Below, piece by piece: positions 34,398 through 42,686 of a DNA stretch of 64,000 nucleotides. Source of the DNA: Solirubrobacterales bacterium (lineage in GTDB: Bacteria > Actinomycetota > Thermoleophilia > Solirubrobacterales > 70-9); assembly GCA_036406595.1 (NCBI GenBank), contig DASXAR010000061.1, forward strand, positions 2,566 to 66,565, read 5' to 3'. The translations under genes were made by a program, and so were the position numbers. Below the pieces are notes generated by a model. The model was not told the origin of the DNA and did no database searches. It was given only the letters and a program-made list of their open reading frames with translations. Numbering within the stretch: the stretch's first letter is position 1; every line of letters starts with the position of its first letter.

Positions 34398-35743
34398 TCC
34401 GGCGGGCGTTGCGGGTCGCGGACGAGCGAAGCGGCTCGGTGCCGTTCGTCCGCAAGGCGCTGCGCTACGCCTTCCCCGACCATTGGTCCTTCCTCCTGGG
34501 GGAGGTGGCGCTATACGCGTTCATCGTCCTGGTTGCGACCGGCGTCTACCTGACCTTCTTCTTCGAGCCGAGCACCGACAGGATCGTCTACCACGGCAGC
34601 TACGGCCCTCTGGATGGGCTCGAGATGAGCAAGGCCTACGCCTCGGCGCTGCGCATCTCATTCGACGTCAAGGCCGGGCTGCTGATCCGCCAGACGCACC
34701 ACTGGGCGGCGAACGTCTTCATCGTCGCGATCGTCCTGCACCTGATCCGGATCTTCTTCACCGGCGCCTACCGCAAACCGCGCGAGCTGACCTACGTCAT
34801 CGGCGTGCTGATGCTCTTCACGGCGCTGCTCGAGGGCTACCTCGGCTACTCGCTGGTCGACGACCTGCTCTCCGGAATGGGCCTCGCGATCGGCTACGCG
34901 GTCGCCCTCTCCATCCCCTTCGTGGGAGCCAACCTGGCATTGCTGATCTGGGGCGCCCCCCTACCCGGCGACCCCGACTTCTGGTCGAGGATGTACATCG
35001 CCCACGTCCTGATCCTGCCGATCCTGATCGGCACGCTGCTCGCGGCACACCTCGCCCTCGTCGCATCGCGCCACCACACCCAGTTCAAGCACAAGCCCCG
35101 CCAGAGCGAGCGCCGGCTGCTGGGAATTCCCAGCTTCCCGGGCCAGGCGCCCCGCTCTCTCGGCCTCCTGTTCGCCGTCGCCTCGGTGCTGGTCCTGCTC
35201 GGCGGGCTCGTCCAGATCAACCCGATCTGGCTCTGGGGGCCCTACGAAGTCTCGCAGGGGACGAACGGCGCGCAGCCCGACTGGTACCTGGGCTGGCTGA
35301 TCGGCGCCCTGCGGCTCGTCCCCCATTTCGACGTCGTCGTCTTCGACCGCACCCTGGTGCCGAATCCCTTCTGGGGCGGCGTCCTGTTCCCGATGGTCGT
35401 GATGGGGGCGCTGCTCCTCTGGCCGTGGCTGGAGCGCCGGGTGACCGGCGACTACCGCACGCACAACCTTCTCGACCGGCCCCGCGACGCGCCCTGGCGC
35501 ACCGCGATCGGAGCGGGCTTCCTCACCTGGGTGGTGATGATCTTCATGTTCGGCTCGGCCGACCGCGTCACGGTCTTCCTCGGCATCAGCTACGTCGCCC
35601 AGCTGTGGGCCTTCCGGATCGGCGTCTGGGTCGTGCCGATCGTCGTGCTGCTCGTCACCCGACGGGTCTGCCTGGAGCTTCAGGAGGAGGAGCAGATCGA
35701 GAGGGAGCAGGCGCGCGCCGTCCGTAGCGCGCCGTCCTCATAG
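34394..35743 (+). CDS. qcrB: cytochrome b subunit of the bc complex
   Basis: GTG 34394 (VIRRALRVADERSG...). Heme-ligand helices (RQTHHWAANVF, IAHVLILP). The 5' part of the 712-aa track ORF is shadow. Confidence 0.9.
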   Translation: MIRRALRVADERSGSVPFVRKALRYAFPDHWSFLLGEVALYAFIVLVATGVYLTFFFEPSTDRIVYHGSYGPLDGLEMSKAYASALRISFDVKAGLLIRQTHHWAANVFIVAIVLHLIRIFFTGAYRKPRELTYVIGVLMLFTALLEGYLGYSLVDDLLSGMGLAIGYAVALSIPFVGANLALLIWGAPLPGDPDFWSRMYIAHVLILPILIGTLLAAHLALVASRHHTQFKHKPRQSERRLLGIPSFPGQAPRSLGLLFAVASVLVLLGGLVQINPIWLWGPYEVSQGTNGAQPDWYLGWLIGALRLVPHFDVVVFDRTLVPNPFWGGVLFPMVVMGALLLWPWLERRVTGDYRTHNLLDRPRDAPWRTAIGAGFLTWVVMIFMFGSADRVTVFLGISYVAQLWAFRIGVWVVPIVVLLVTRRVCLELQEEEQIEREQARAVRSAPSS

Positions 35744-36557
35744 CAACACGGGGATCCACCCCGGAGTCGAGCAGCGACTGCCGCTGCTCCGCCTCCCGCT
35801 CCCAGCGGAGAAAGAGCCAGGCGAAGACGATTAGCGTCACCGTCGCGCCCTCGACGAACATGATCGCGCCGCCGATCTGCTGGTCGGCCAACGGGGAGAT
35901 GCCCCAGATCCTCTCGCCCCCCCGGTATACGGGATAGAGCGGCTCCCCGGCCCAGATGAAGACGCTGGCGAGGACCGCCGCGAAGGTGCGCACGAGCAGG
36001 ACGTAGGCGGCCTTGGCGCCCGCCCCGAACCAGGCGGGCCCGGGTACCGGCTCGATCACCGCCGCCCACATCAGCATCCCGGCGGTGAAGAAGCTGACGT
36101 GCTCGAGCCCGTGCACGAAGCCGTTATCGAGGGCCGCTTCGTACATCGGCGGCACGTGCCAGCCGTAGAAGACCAGCACCCAGATCGGCAAAGCGACGAA
36201 CGGGCTGGCGAGGACGCGGAGCCGGGCGAAGGGGGCCACGGCCAGCACCGGTCTAAGGATCGGCCCGCTGAGCCCCAGCAGGATGAGCAAAGGAGCGAGA
36301 TCGCCGATCAAAAGGTGCTGGACCATGTGCACCCAAAAGAGGCGGCTCTCTCCGATCGTGTCGACGGGCGAGAGCAGCGCCACCAGCAGCAGGGCGATCC
36401 CCACGTAGAAGCATCCCTGCCGCCAGCCGGGCACCGGCCGGCCGCGGCGGGAGAGGGACCTGGCGCGAAACCCGTACGCGAGGACGACGGCGGCGGCCTC
36501 GAGGAGCAGCGGAGGGCTCAGATTCCAGCCAGGGGAAGCCGTGGCGAGCACCGCCAT
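35655..36557 (-). CDS. ctaG: cytochrome c oxidase assembly factor CtaG (Caa3_CtaG family)
   Basis: Polytopic membrane protein with the WVHMVQHLLIGDLAPLLILLG motif. The 3' end overlaps qcrB by 89 bp. Confidence 0.8.
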   Translation of the reverse strand: MAVLATASPGWNLSPPLLLEAAAVVLAYGFRARSLSRRGRPVPGWRQGCFYVGIALLLVALLSPVDTIGESRLFWVHMVQHLLIGDLAPLLILLGLSGPILRPVLAVAPFARLRVLASPFVALPIWVLVFYGWHVPPMYEAALDNGFVHGLEHVSFFTAGMLMWAAVIEPVPGPAWFGAGAKAAYVLLVRTFAAVLASVFIWAGEPLYPVYRGGERIWGISPLADQQIGGAIMFVEGATVTLIVFAWLFLRWEREAEQRQSLLDSGVDPRVAMRTARYGRRAPAPSRSAPPPEAPGRPVG

Positions 36558-36584
36558 GGCTCGACCGGTACCCGGCGGTCAGCG

Positions 36585-36612
36585 CCATGACACATCGACT
36601 CCATGACACATC
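36585..36612 (+). promoter_or_regulatory. direct repeat CCATGACACATC x2 (16-bp period) abutting the -35 of the PoxB-like operon promoter
   Basis: Copies at 36585-36596 and 36601-36612, both identical. Confidence 0.45.
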
Positions 36613-36613
36613 C

Positions 36614-36638
36614 GTTTTCCGCACTCGCATGCGGGTAG
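36614..36638 (+). promoter_or_regulatory. SigB/F-type promoter GTTT-N15-GGGTAG for the PoxB-like operon
   Basis: GTTT 36614-36617 and GGGTAG 36633-36638. 41-nt leader with an SD. Confidence 0.6.
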
Positions 36639-36679
36639 CTGCGCTGAGAAAGAGACCAGAGCCCGGGGAAAGGAACGAC

Positions 36680-38464
36680 ATGTCGGAAACGGTGGGGGCA
36701 TTCGCACTCAAACGGCTACACGAGCACGGGGTGAAGAGGATCTACGGCTACCCAGGCGACGGGATCAACGGCATCCTCGGTGGCTTCCATGAGCACGGCG
36801 ACAAGGTCGAGTTCGTCCAGACCCGGCACGAGGAGATCGCCGCCTTCGCGGCCTGCGCCCACGCCAAGCTCACAGATGAGGTCGGCGTCTGCATGGCGAC
36901 CTCGGGCCCCGGCGCCATCCACCTCCTCAACGGGCTGTACGACGCCAAGCTCGACCACCAGCCGGTGGTGGCGATCATCGGCCAGCAGAAGACGATCTCG
37001 CTCGGCTCCAATTACCAGCAGGAGGTCGACCTCAACACGCTCTTCAAGGACGTCGCCTCCGAGTTCGTGCAGACCTGCATGTCGCCACCCCAGGCGAGGC
37101 ACCTGATCGACCGCGCCGTCCAGGTGGCGCTGGCGTCGCGCTCGGTGACCGCGGTGATCTTCCCCGAGGACGTGCAGGAGTCCGAGTACGAAGACCCCCC
37201 GATGGAGCACGGCGCCGTCTTCACCACCCCGCAGCGCGAGCTGCGCTCGCGGGTGGTCCCGCCTGGCGACGAGATCCGGCGCGCCGCCGAGGTCCTCAAC
37301 GGCGGCGAGAAGGTCGCGATCCTGATCGGCGCCGGCGCGCGCGACGCCGCCGAGGAGGTGGAGCAGGTCGCCGACCTGCTCGGGGCGGGGGTGGCCAAGG
37401 CGCTCAATGGCCGCGACGTCCTTCCGGACGACCTTCCGTTCGTGACCGGGCCGATCGGGCTGCTCGGCTCGAAGCCGAGCTACGAGATGGTCGACGGCTG
37501 CGACACCTTCCTGATGATCGGCTCGAGCTTCCCCTATGCGGAGTGGCTCCCCGAACCGGGCAAGGCGCGCGGCGTGCAGATCGACATCGACGGCCGCCTG
37601 GTGGGCATCCGCTATCCGATGGAGGTGGGGCTGGTCGGGGACTCCCGCGACACGCTGCGCGAGCTGATCCCGCAGCTCGAGCGCAAGGATGACCGCTCCT
37701 GGCGCGAGGAGATCGAAGCCGAAGTGAGTCGCTGGGGCGAGATCCTCTCCGAGCGGGCGATGATCGAGGCCACCCCGCTGAACCCCCTGCGGGTGTTCCA
37801 CGAGCTCAGCCCCCGGCTCCCGGCCGACTGCGTCCTCACGGCGGACTCCGGCTCGGCGACGAATTGGTGGGCGCGCCACCTCAAACTGCGCCGTGGGATG
37901 CGGGCGGCGCTATCTGGCACCCTGGCGACGATGTGCCCCGGCGTGCCGTACGCGTTCGCCGCCAAGATGGCGTATCCGGACCGCCCGGTGATCGCGGCCC
38001 TCGGCGACGGCGCGATGCAGATGCTGGGCCTCAATGCGCTGATCGACATCGCCAGCCGCTACGAGGAATGGTCAAACAAGCAGCTCGTCGTCCTCGTCCT
38101 GCACAACGACGACCTCAACCAGGTCACATGGGAGCAGCGCGTCCTCGCCGGCGACCCGAAATTGGAGGCATCGCAGTCGATCCCCTCCTTCGACTACGCA
38201 GGCTACGCGGAGCTGCTCGGCCTCAGGGGCATCAGGGTCGACGACCCCGACCAGGTCGGCTCCGCCTGGGACGAGGCGCTGGGCGCAGGCCGGCCGGTGG
38301 TGCTCGAGGCGATCACGGATCCGGAGGTGCCGCCGCTGCCGCCGCACATCAAGGTCGAACAGGCGACCTCGATGGCGCAGGCGCTTATGAAGGGCGACCC
38401 CAACGCGGCCAGGATCGTCAAGCAGTCGCTGCGAGGGAAGATCGCCGAGTTCGTGAACCGCTGA
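36680..38464 (+). CDS. thiamine-diphosphate enzyme, pyruvate oxidase / pyruvate dehydrogenase (quinone) PoxB-like
   Basis: N-terminus aligns by eye with E. coli PoxB (GVKRIYGYPGDGINGI, TRHEEIAAFAA, SGPGAIHLLNGLYDA). TPP motif GDGAMQM...NN. ATG 36680 sits behind GGAAAGGAA. Confidence 0.8.
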   Translation: MSETVGAFALKRLHEHGVKRIYGYPGDGINGILGGFHEHGDKVEFVQTRHEEIAAFAACAHAKLTDEVGVCMATSGPGAIHLLNGLYDAKLDHQPVVAIIGQQKTISLGSNYQQEVDLNTLFKDVASEFVQTCMSPPQARHLIDRAVQVALASRSVTAVIFPEDVQESEYEDPPMEHGAVFTTPQRELRSRVVPPGDEIRRAAEVLNGGEKVAILIGAGARDAAEEVEQVADLLGAGVAKALNGRDVLPDDLPFVTGPIGLLGSKPSYEMVDGCDTFLMIGSSFPYAEWLPEPGKARGVQIDIDGRLVGIRYPMEVGLVGDSRDTLRELIPQLERKDDRSWREEIEAEVSRWGEILSERAMIEATPLNPLRVFHELSPRLPADCVLTADSGSATNWWARHLKLRRGMRAALSGTLATMCPGVPYAFAAKMAYPDRPVIAALGDGAMQMLGLNALIDIASRYEEWSNKQLVVLVLHNDDLNQVTWEQRVLAGDPKLEASQSIPSFDYAGYAELLGLRGIRVDDPDQVGSAWDEALGAGRPVVLEAITDPEVPPLPPHIKVEQATSMAQALMKGDPNAARIVKQSLRGKIAEFVNR

Positions 38465-39576
38465 TGGCGGTAACGGCGAGGCGAGCCGGCGCGGTCGAGG
38501 CGCCGATCGGTGGGCTCGAGGTCTCGGCATTCACCATTCCGACCGACGAGCCCGAGTCAGACGGCACTCTCGAATGGGACTCGACGACGATGGTCGTCGT
38601 CGAGATCGAGGGTGGCGGTGACGTGGGCCTCGGATACACCTACGGCGACGCCTCGGTCGGGACCTTCGTCGAGTCGCTGCTCGCCGAGGAGATCGAGGGC
38701 CGCGACGCGCTCTCGCCCCCGGCTGCCTGGGCGGCGATGCAGGAGCGGATCCGCAACGCGGGCCGGGTCGGGGTCGGCGCGATGGCGGTCTCGGCGGTGG
38801 ACATCGCCCTCTGGGACCTGCGGGCAAAGCTGCTCGGCGTGTGCCTGGCGGACGCATTACCCCGCTTTCACTCCGGTGTGCCCGTCTACGGCAGCGGCGG
38901 CTTCACCTCCTACACCCGGGATCGCCTCTCCGAACAGCTCGAGGCCTGGGTGGACGCGGGGCTGCCGCGCGTCAAGGTCAAGGTCGGTCGCGAGCCCGGC
39001 GAGGATCCCTCCCGGCTGGAGCTCTGCCGTGAGGTGATCGGCGACGCGGTCGAGCTGATGGTCGATGCCAACGGCGCATTCCAGCCGAAGGAGGCATTGC
39101 TGCGGGCGCGTCAGTACGAGGAGTTCGGCGTCCGCTACCTGGAGGAGCCGGTCAGCAGCGAGGACCGGGAGGGGCTGCGCTTCGTGCGCGAGCATGGACC
39201 CGCCGGGATGGCCGTCGCCGCCGGTGAGTACGAGTGGGACCTCGCCCGGCTCGGCGATCTGGCCCCCTGCGTCGACATCGTCCAGGCCGACGTGACCCGG
39301 GTGGGCGGCATCACGAGCATGCTGCGGGCGGACGGCATCTGCAAGGCGCGCCGGCGCCGTTTCTCCGCGCACTGCGCGCCTGCGGTCTCCGCACACGCCT
39401 GCTGCGCCGTGGAGACGCTGGAGCATCTCGAGTACTTCCACGACCACGTCCGGATCGAGCGGATGCTCTTCGATGGGACGCTCGACCCCGGGGGCGGCTT
39501 CCTGACGCCCGATCGCGGCAGGCCCGGCCTCGGACTGGAGCTGAAGCGGGCGGACGCCGAGAGGTTCGCGTCATGA
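38464..39576 (+). CDS. enolase-superfamily enzyme (mandelate racemase/muconate lactonizing family)
   Basis: MR/MLE pattern (KVKVGR, MVDANGAF, YLEEP, DIVQADVTRVGGIT). ATG overlaps the upstream stop (TGATG). Confidence 0.8.
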   Translation: MAVTARRAGAVEAPIGGLEVSAFTIPTDEPESDGTLEWDSTTMVVVEIEGGGDVGLGYTYGDASVGTFVESLLAEEIEGRDALSPPAAWAAMQERIRNAGRVGVGAMAVSAVDIALWDLRAKLLGVCLADALPRFHSGVPVYGSGGFTSYTRDRLSEQLEAWVDAGLPRVKVKVGREPGEDPSRLELCREVIGDAVELMVDANGAFQPKEALLRARQYEEFGVRYLEEPVSSEDREGLRFVREHGPAGMAVAAGEYEWDLARLGDLAPCVDIVQADVTRVGGITSMLRADGICKARRRRFSAHCAPAVSAHACCAVETLEHLEYFHDHVRIERMLFDGTLDPGGGFLTPDRGRPGLGLELKRADAERFAS

Positions 39577-42500
39577 GCAGGACGGGCGAGGGCATCGGCC
39601 ACGGCACACTCGCCCCGGAGAGAATCGAGGAGATCGACCGCCGCGCGCTCGAGCGCGACCTCTCCGAGGCCGTCGGCGGCGAGGTCCGCTTCGACGCCGG
39701 AACGCGGGCGATCTACTCCCACGACAGCTCCAACTACAGGCAGCCGCCGATCGGCGTGGTGATACCCCGGAGCACCGACGACATCGTCGCAGCCGTGCGC
39801 GTCTGCCGCGAGCACGACGCGCCGGTGATGCCGCGCGGGTGCGCCACCAGCCTCTCCGGCGAGACGACCAACGTCGCGGTGATCATCGACGCGTCCAAGT
39901 ACCTGCGTCAGATCGTCGAGGTGGACCCGGAGCGCCGGGTCGCGCGCGTGCAGCCCGGGGTGGTCCGCGACCAGCTTGCGGAACTGACCGAGCAAAAGCA
40001 CAACCTCACCTTCGCCCCGGACACCTCCACCCACGAATACGCCACCTTCGGAGGGATGATCGGCAACAACTCCTGCGGCGTGCACTCGGTGATGGCCGGC
40101 CGCACGGCCGACAACGTCGAGGAGCTCGAGATCGTCACCTACGACGGGCTGCGGATGAGAGTCGGCCGGACCAGCGCAGAGGAGCTGGAGAGGATCATCT
40201 CGGAGGGAGGCCGCCGCGGTGAGATCTACGCCTCCTTGCGAGATCTGCGCGACCGCTATGCGGAGCTCGTCCGCGAGCGCTATCCGGACATTCCCCGCCG
40301 CGTGTCCGGCTACAACCTCGACGAGCTGCTGCCGGAGAAGGGGTTCAACGTCGCCCGCGCGCTGGTCGGCTCCGAGGGAACGCTCGCAACCGTGCTCGAG
40401 GCGACAGTGCGCCTGGTCCACTCCCCCCCGGCTCGCTCCCTGCTCGTCCTTGGCTATCCGAACGTCTACGAAGCGGCCGACCACGTCCCCGAGGTCCTCC
40501 AGCACGAGCCGACCGGCCTCGAGGGAATCGACCGCGAGCTGATCCGGGACATGGTCGAGAAACGCAAGCACGTCGAGGACCTGACGCTTCTTCCCGATGG
40601 CGACGGCTGGCTGCTGGTCGAGTTCGGCGCCGACTCCCGCGAGCAGAGCCACGAAATGGCCGAAGCGTGCATGAAGCGGCTGCGGAAGGACAGCTCCACT
40701 CCCGAGATGAAGCTGTTCGACGACATCGCCGAGGAGGAACGGCTCTGGGAGATACGCGAGGCCGGCCTCGGCGCGACCGCCTACGTGCCGATGGTCCGCG
40801 ACGCCTGGCCGGGCTGGGAGGACGCGGCGGTTCCCCCGCAGCGCCTGGGGGACTATCTGCGCCGCTTCCAGAAGCTGATGGACGAGCATGGCTATCGCGC
40901 CGCGCTCTACGGACACTTCGGCGACGGCTGCGTCCACTGCCGCCTCAACTACGACCTGCGCAGCGCCGGCGGGCTGCGCAATTGGCGGCGCTTCCTCGAC
41001 GAGGCCGCAGATCTCGTGGTCGAGTTCGGAGGCTCGCTCTCGGGAGAGCACGGCGATGGCCAGCAGCGCGCCGAGCTGCTGCCGAAGATGTATGGCGAGG
41101 AGCTCGTCGAGGCCTTCCGCGAGATGAAGCGGATATGGGACCCGGGCAACCGCATGAACCCCCACAAGGTCGTCGACCCCTATCCGATCCTCTCCAACAT
41201 GAAGCTCGGCTCCGACTACAGCCCCGCCGAGCCGAAAACCCACTTCTCCTATCCGGAGGACGGCGGCAGCTTCGCCCACGCCGCTCTGCGCTGCGTCGGC
41301 GCCGGCAAGTGCCGCAAAGCGGACACGGGAACGATGTGCCCGAGCTACATGGTGACCAGCGAGGAGAAGCACACCACCCGCGGCCGCGCCCGAATCCTGT
41401 ACGAGATGCTCGAGGGCACGACGATCACCGACGGCTTCCGCTCGGAGGAGGTCCATGACGCGCTCGACCTCTGCCTCTCCTGCAAGGGCTGCAAGGGCGA
41501 TTGCCCGGTGAGCGTCGACATGGCCACCTATAAGGCGGAGTTCCTCTCGGGCTACTACAAGCGTCGCCTGCGGCCGCCGCAGGCCTACACGATGGGGCTG
41601 ATCATGGTCCACGCCCGCCTCGCGCAGCACGTGCCGCGGCTGGCGAACCTCCTCACCCACGCGCCGGGGCTGAGCCGCCTGGTGAAGCGCGCCGGGGGGA
41701 TCAGCCCGCGGCGCGAGATGCCTCGCTTCGCGCACCAGACCTTCAAGTCCTGGTGGAAGCGGCGCGGCACGGTGAATCCACAGGGGGAGCCGGTCGTGCT
41801 CTTCCCCGACACCTTCAACAACTTCCTTCACCCCGAGACGATGAAGGCGGCGGTGACGGCCCTGGAGGACGCAGGCTTTCGCGTCGAGGTGCCGGAGCCG
41901 GCGCTCTGCTGCGGCAGGCCGCTCTATGACTACGGCATGCTCGACACCGCGAAGCTCTTCTGGCGGCGCACGCTGGACGCGCTCGCTCCGCAGATTCGGC
42001 TCGGGGTGCCGGTGGTGGGGGTCGAGCCGAGCTGCGTGGCGGCATTCAGGGACGAGCTGCCGAACCTGATGCCCCACGACGAGGACGCCAAGCGGCTCTC
42101 GCTGCAGGCGCTGACGCTGGCCGAGTTCCTCCAGCGGCACGCCCCGGACTGGGACGCGCCCCGCCTCGAGCGCAAGGCGATCGTCCACGGCCATTGCCAT
42201 CAGAAGGCGACGATGGGCATGAGCGCGGAGGAAAGCCTCTACAAGCGCCTGGGGCTCGACTTCGAAGTCCTCGACTCCGGCTGCTGCGGACTGGCGGGGT
42301 CCTTCGGTTTCGAGCGTGACCATGACGAGATCTCTCGCCAGATCGGGGAGCGGCGGCTGATGCCCGCCGTGCGCGAGGCCGGCGAGGGGACGATCGTGAT
42401 CGCCGACGGGTTCTCCTGCAAGACGCAGATCGAGCAGATGACCGAGCGCCGCGCACTGCACACCGCGCAGGTGATCGAGATGGCCCTCGAACGCGGCCCG

Positions 42501-42647
42501 AGCGGGGTCGTCGGGCAGCCCCCGGAGGAGCCCTATCCCGACCTGCAGATGGACGGCGACGGACGGGTCCGCGAGGTGGCCCTGATCGGCGGCGTCGTGG
42601 CCGCGGGGGCGGCGGCGGGCGCTGCCGCGCTGCTGCGGCATCGGTGA
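39573..42647 (+). CDS. FAD-binding oxidase fused to Fe-S (CCG) domains, YdiJ / D-2-hydroxyacid dehydrogenase-like, with C-terminal hydrophobic tail
   Basis: About 1024 aa. FAD PCMH domain (PRGCATSLSGE), two Cys clusters (CLSCKGCKGDCP) and CCG repeats. ATGA overlap with the upstream gene. Confidence 0.8.
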   Translation: MSRTGEGIGHGTLAPERIEEIDRRALERDLSEAVGGEVRFDAGTRAIYSHDSSNYRQPPIGVVIPRSTDDIVAAVRVCREHDAPVMPRGCATSLSGETTNVAVIIDASKYLRQIVEVDPERRVARVQPGVVRDQLAELTEQKHNLTFAPDTSTHEYATFGGMIGNNSCGVHSVMAGRTADNVEELEIVTYDGLRMRVGRTSAEELERIISEGGRRGEIYASLRDLRDRYAELVRERYPDIPRRVSGYNLDELLPEKGFNVARALVGSEGTLATVLEATVRLVHSPPARSLLVLGYPNVYEAADHVPEVLQHEPTGLEGIDRELIRDMVEKRKHVEDLTLLPDGDGWLLVEFGADSREQSHEMAEACMKRLRKDSSTPEMKLFDDIAEEERLWEIREAGLGATAYVPMVRDAWPGWEDAAVPPQRLGDYLRRFQKLMDEHGYRAALYGHFGDGCVHCRLNYDLRSAGGLRNWRRFLDEAADLVVEFGGSLSGEHGDGQQRAELLPKMYGEELVEAFREMKRIWDPGNRMNPHKVVDPYPILSNMKLGSDYSPAEPKTHFSYPEDGGSFAHAALRCVGAGKCRKADTGTMCPSYMVTSEEKHTTRGRARILYEMLEGTTITDGFRSEEVHDALDLCLSCKGCKGDCPVSVDMATYKAEFLSGYYKRRLRPPQAYTMGLIMVHARLAQHVPRLANLLTHAPGLSRLVKRAGGISPRREMPRFAHQTFKSWWKRRGTVNPQGEPVVLFPDTFNNFLHPETMKAAVTALEDAGFRVEVPEPALCCGRPLYDYGMLDTAKLFWRRTLDALAPQIRLGVPVVGVEPSCVAAFRDELPNLMPHDEDAKRLSLQALTLAEFLQRHAPDWDAPRLERKAIVHGHCHQKATMGMSAEESLYKRLGLDFEVLDSGCCGLAGSFGFERDHDEISRQIGERRLMPAVREAGEGTIVIADGFSCKTQIEQMTERRALHTAQVIEMALERGPSGVVGQPPEEPYPDLQMDGDGRVREVALIGGVVAAGAAAGAAALLRHR

Positions 42648-42686
42648 ATCCGCTCGCCTGTCCCGTCAGCGGGCCCGACCCCTGGC

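Noticed and set aside
36587-36679. N-terminal extension of the PoxB-like ORF
   Set aside because: The extension covers the promoter and the direct-repeat region. ATG 36680 has a good SD and aligns with the PoxB N-terminus.
39135-42641. 1168-aa minus-strand ORF
   Set aside because: Antisense shadow of the YdiJ-like gene. The plus-strand frame carries clear FAD and Fe-S motifs and this frame carries none.
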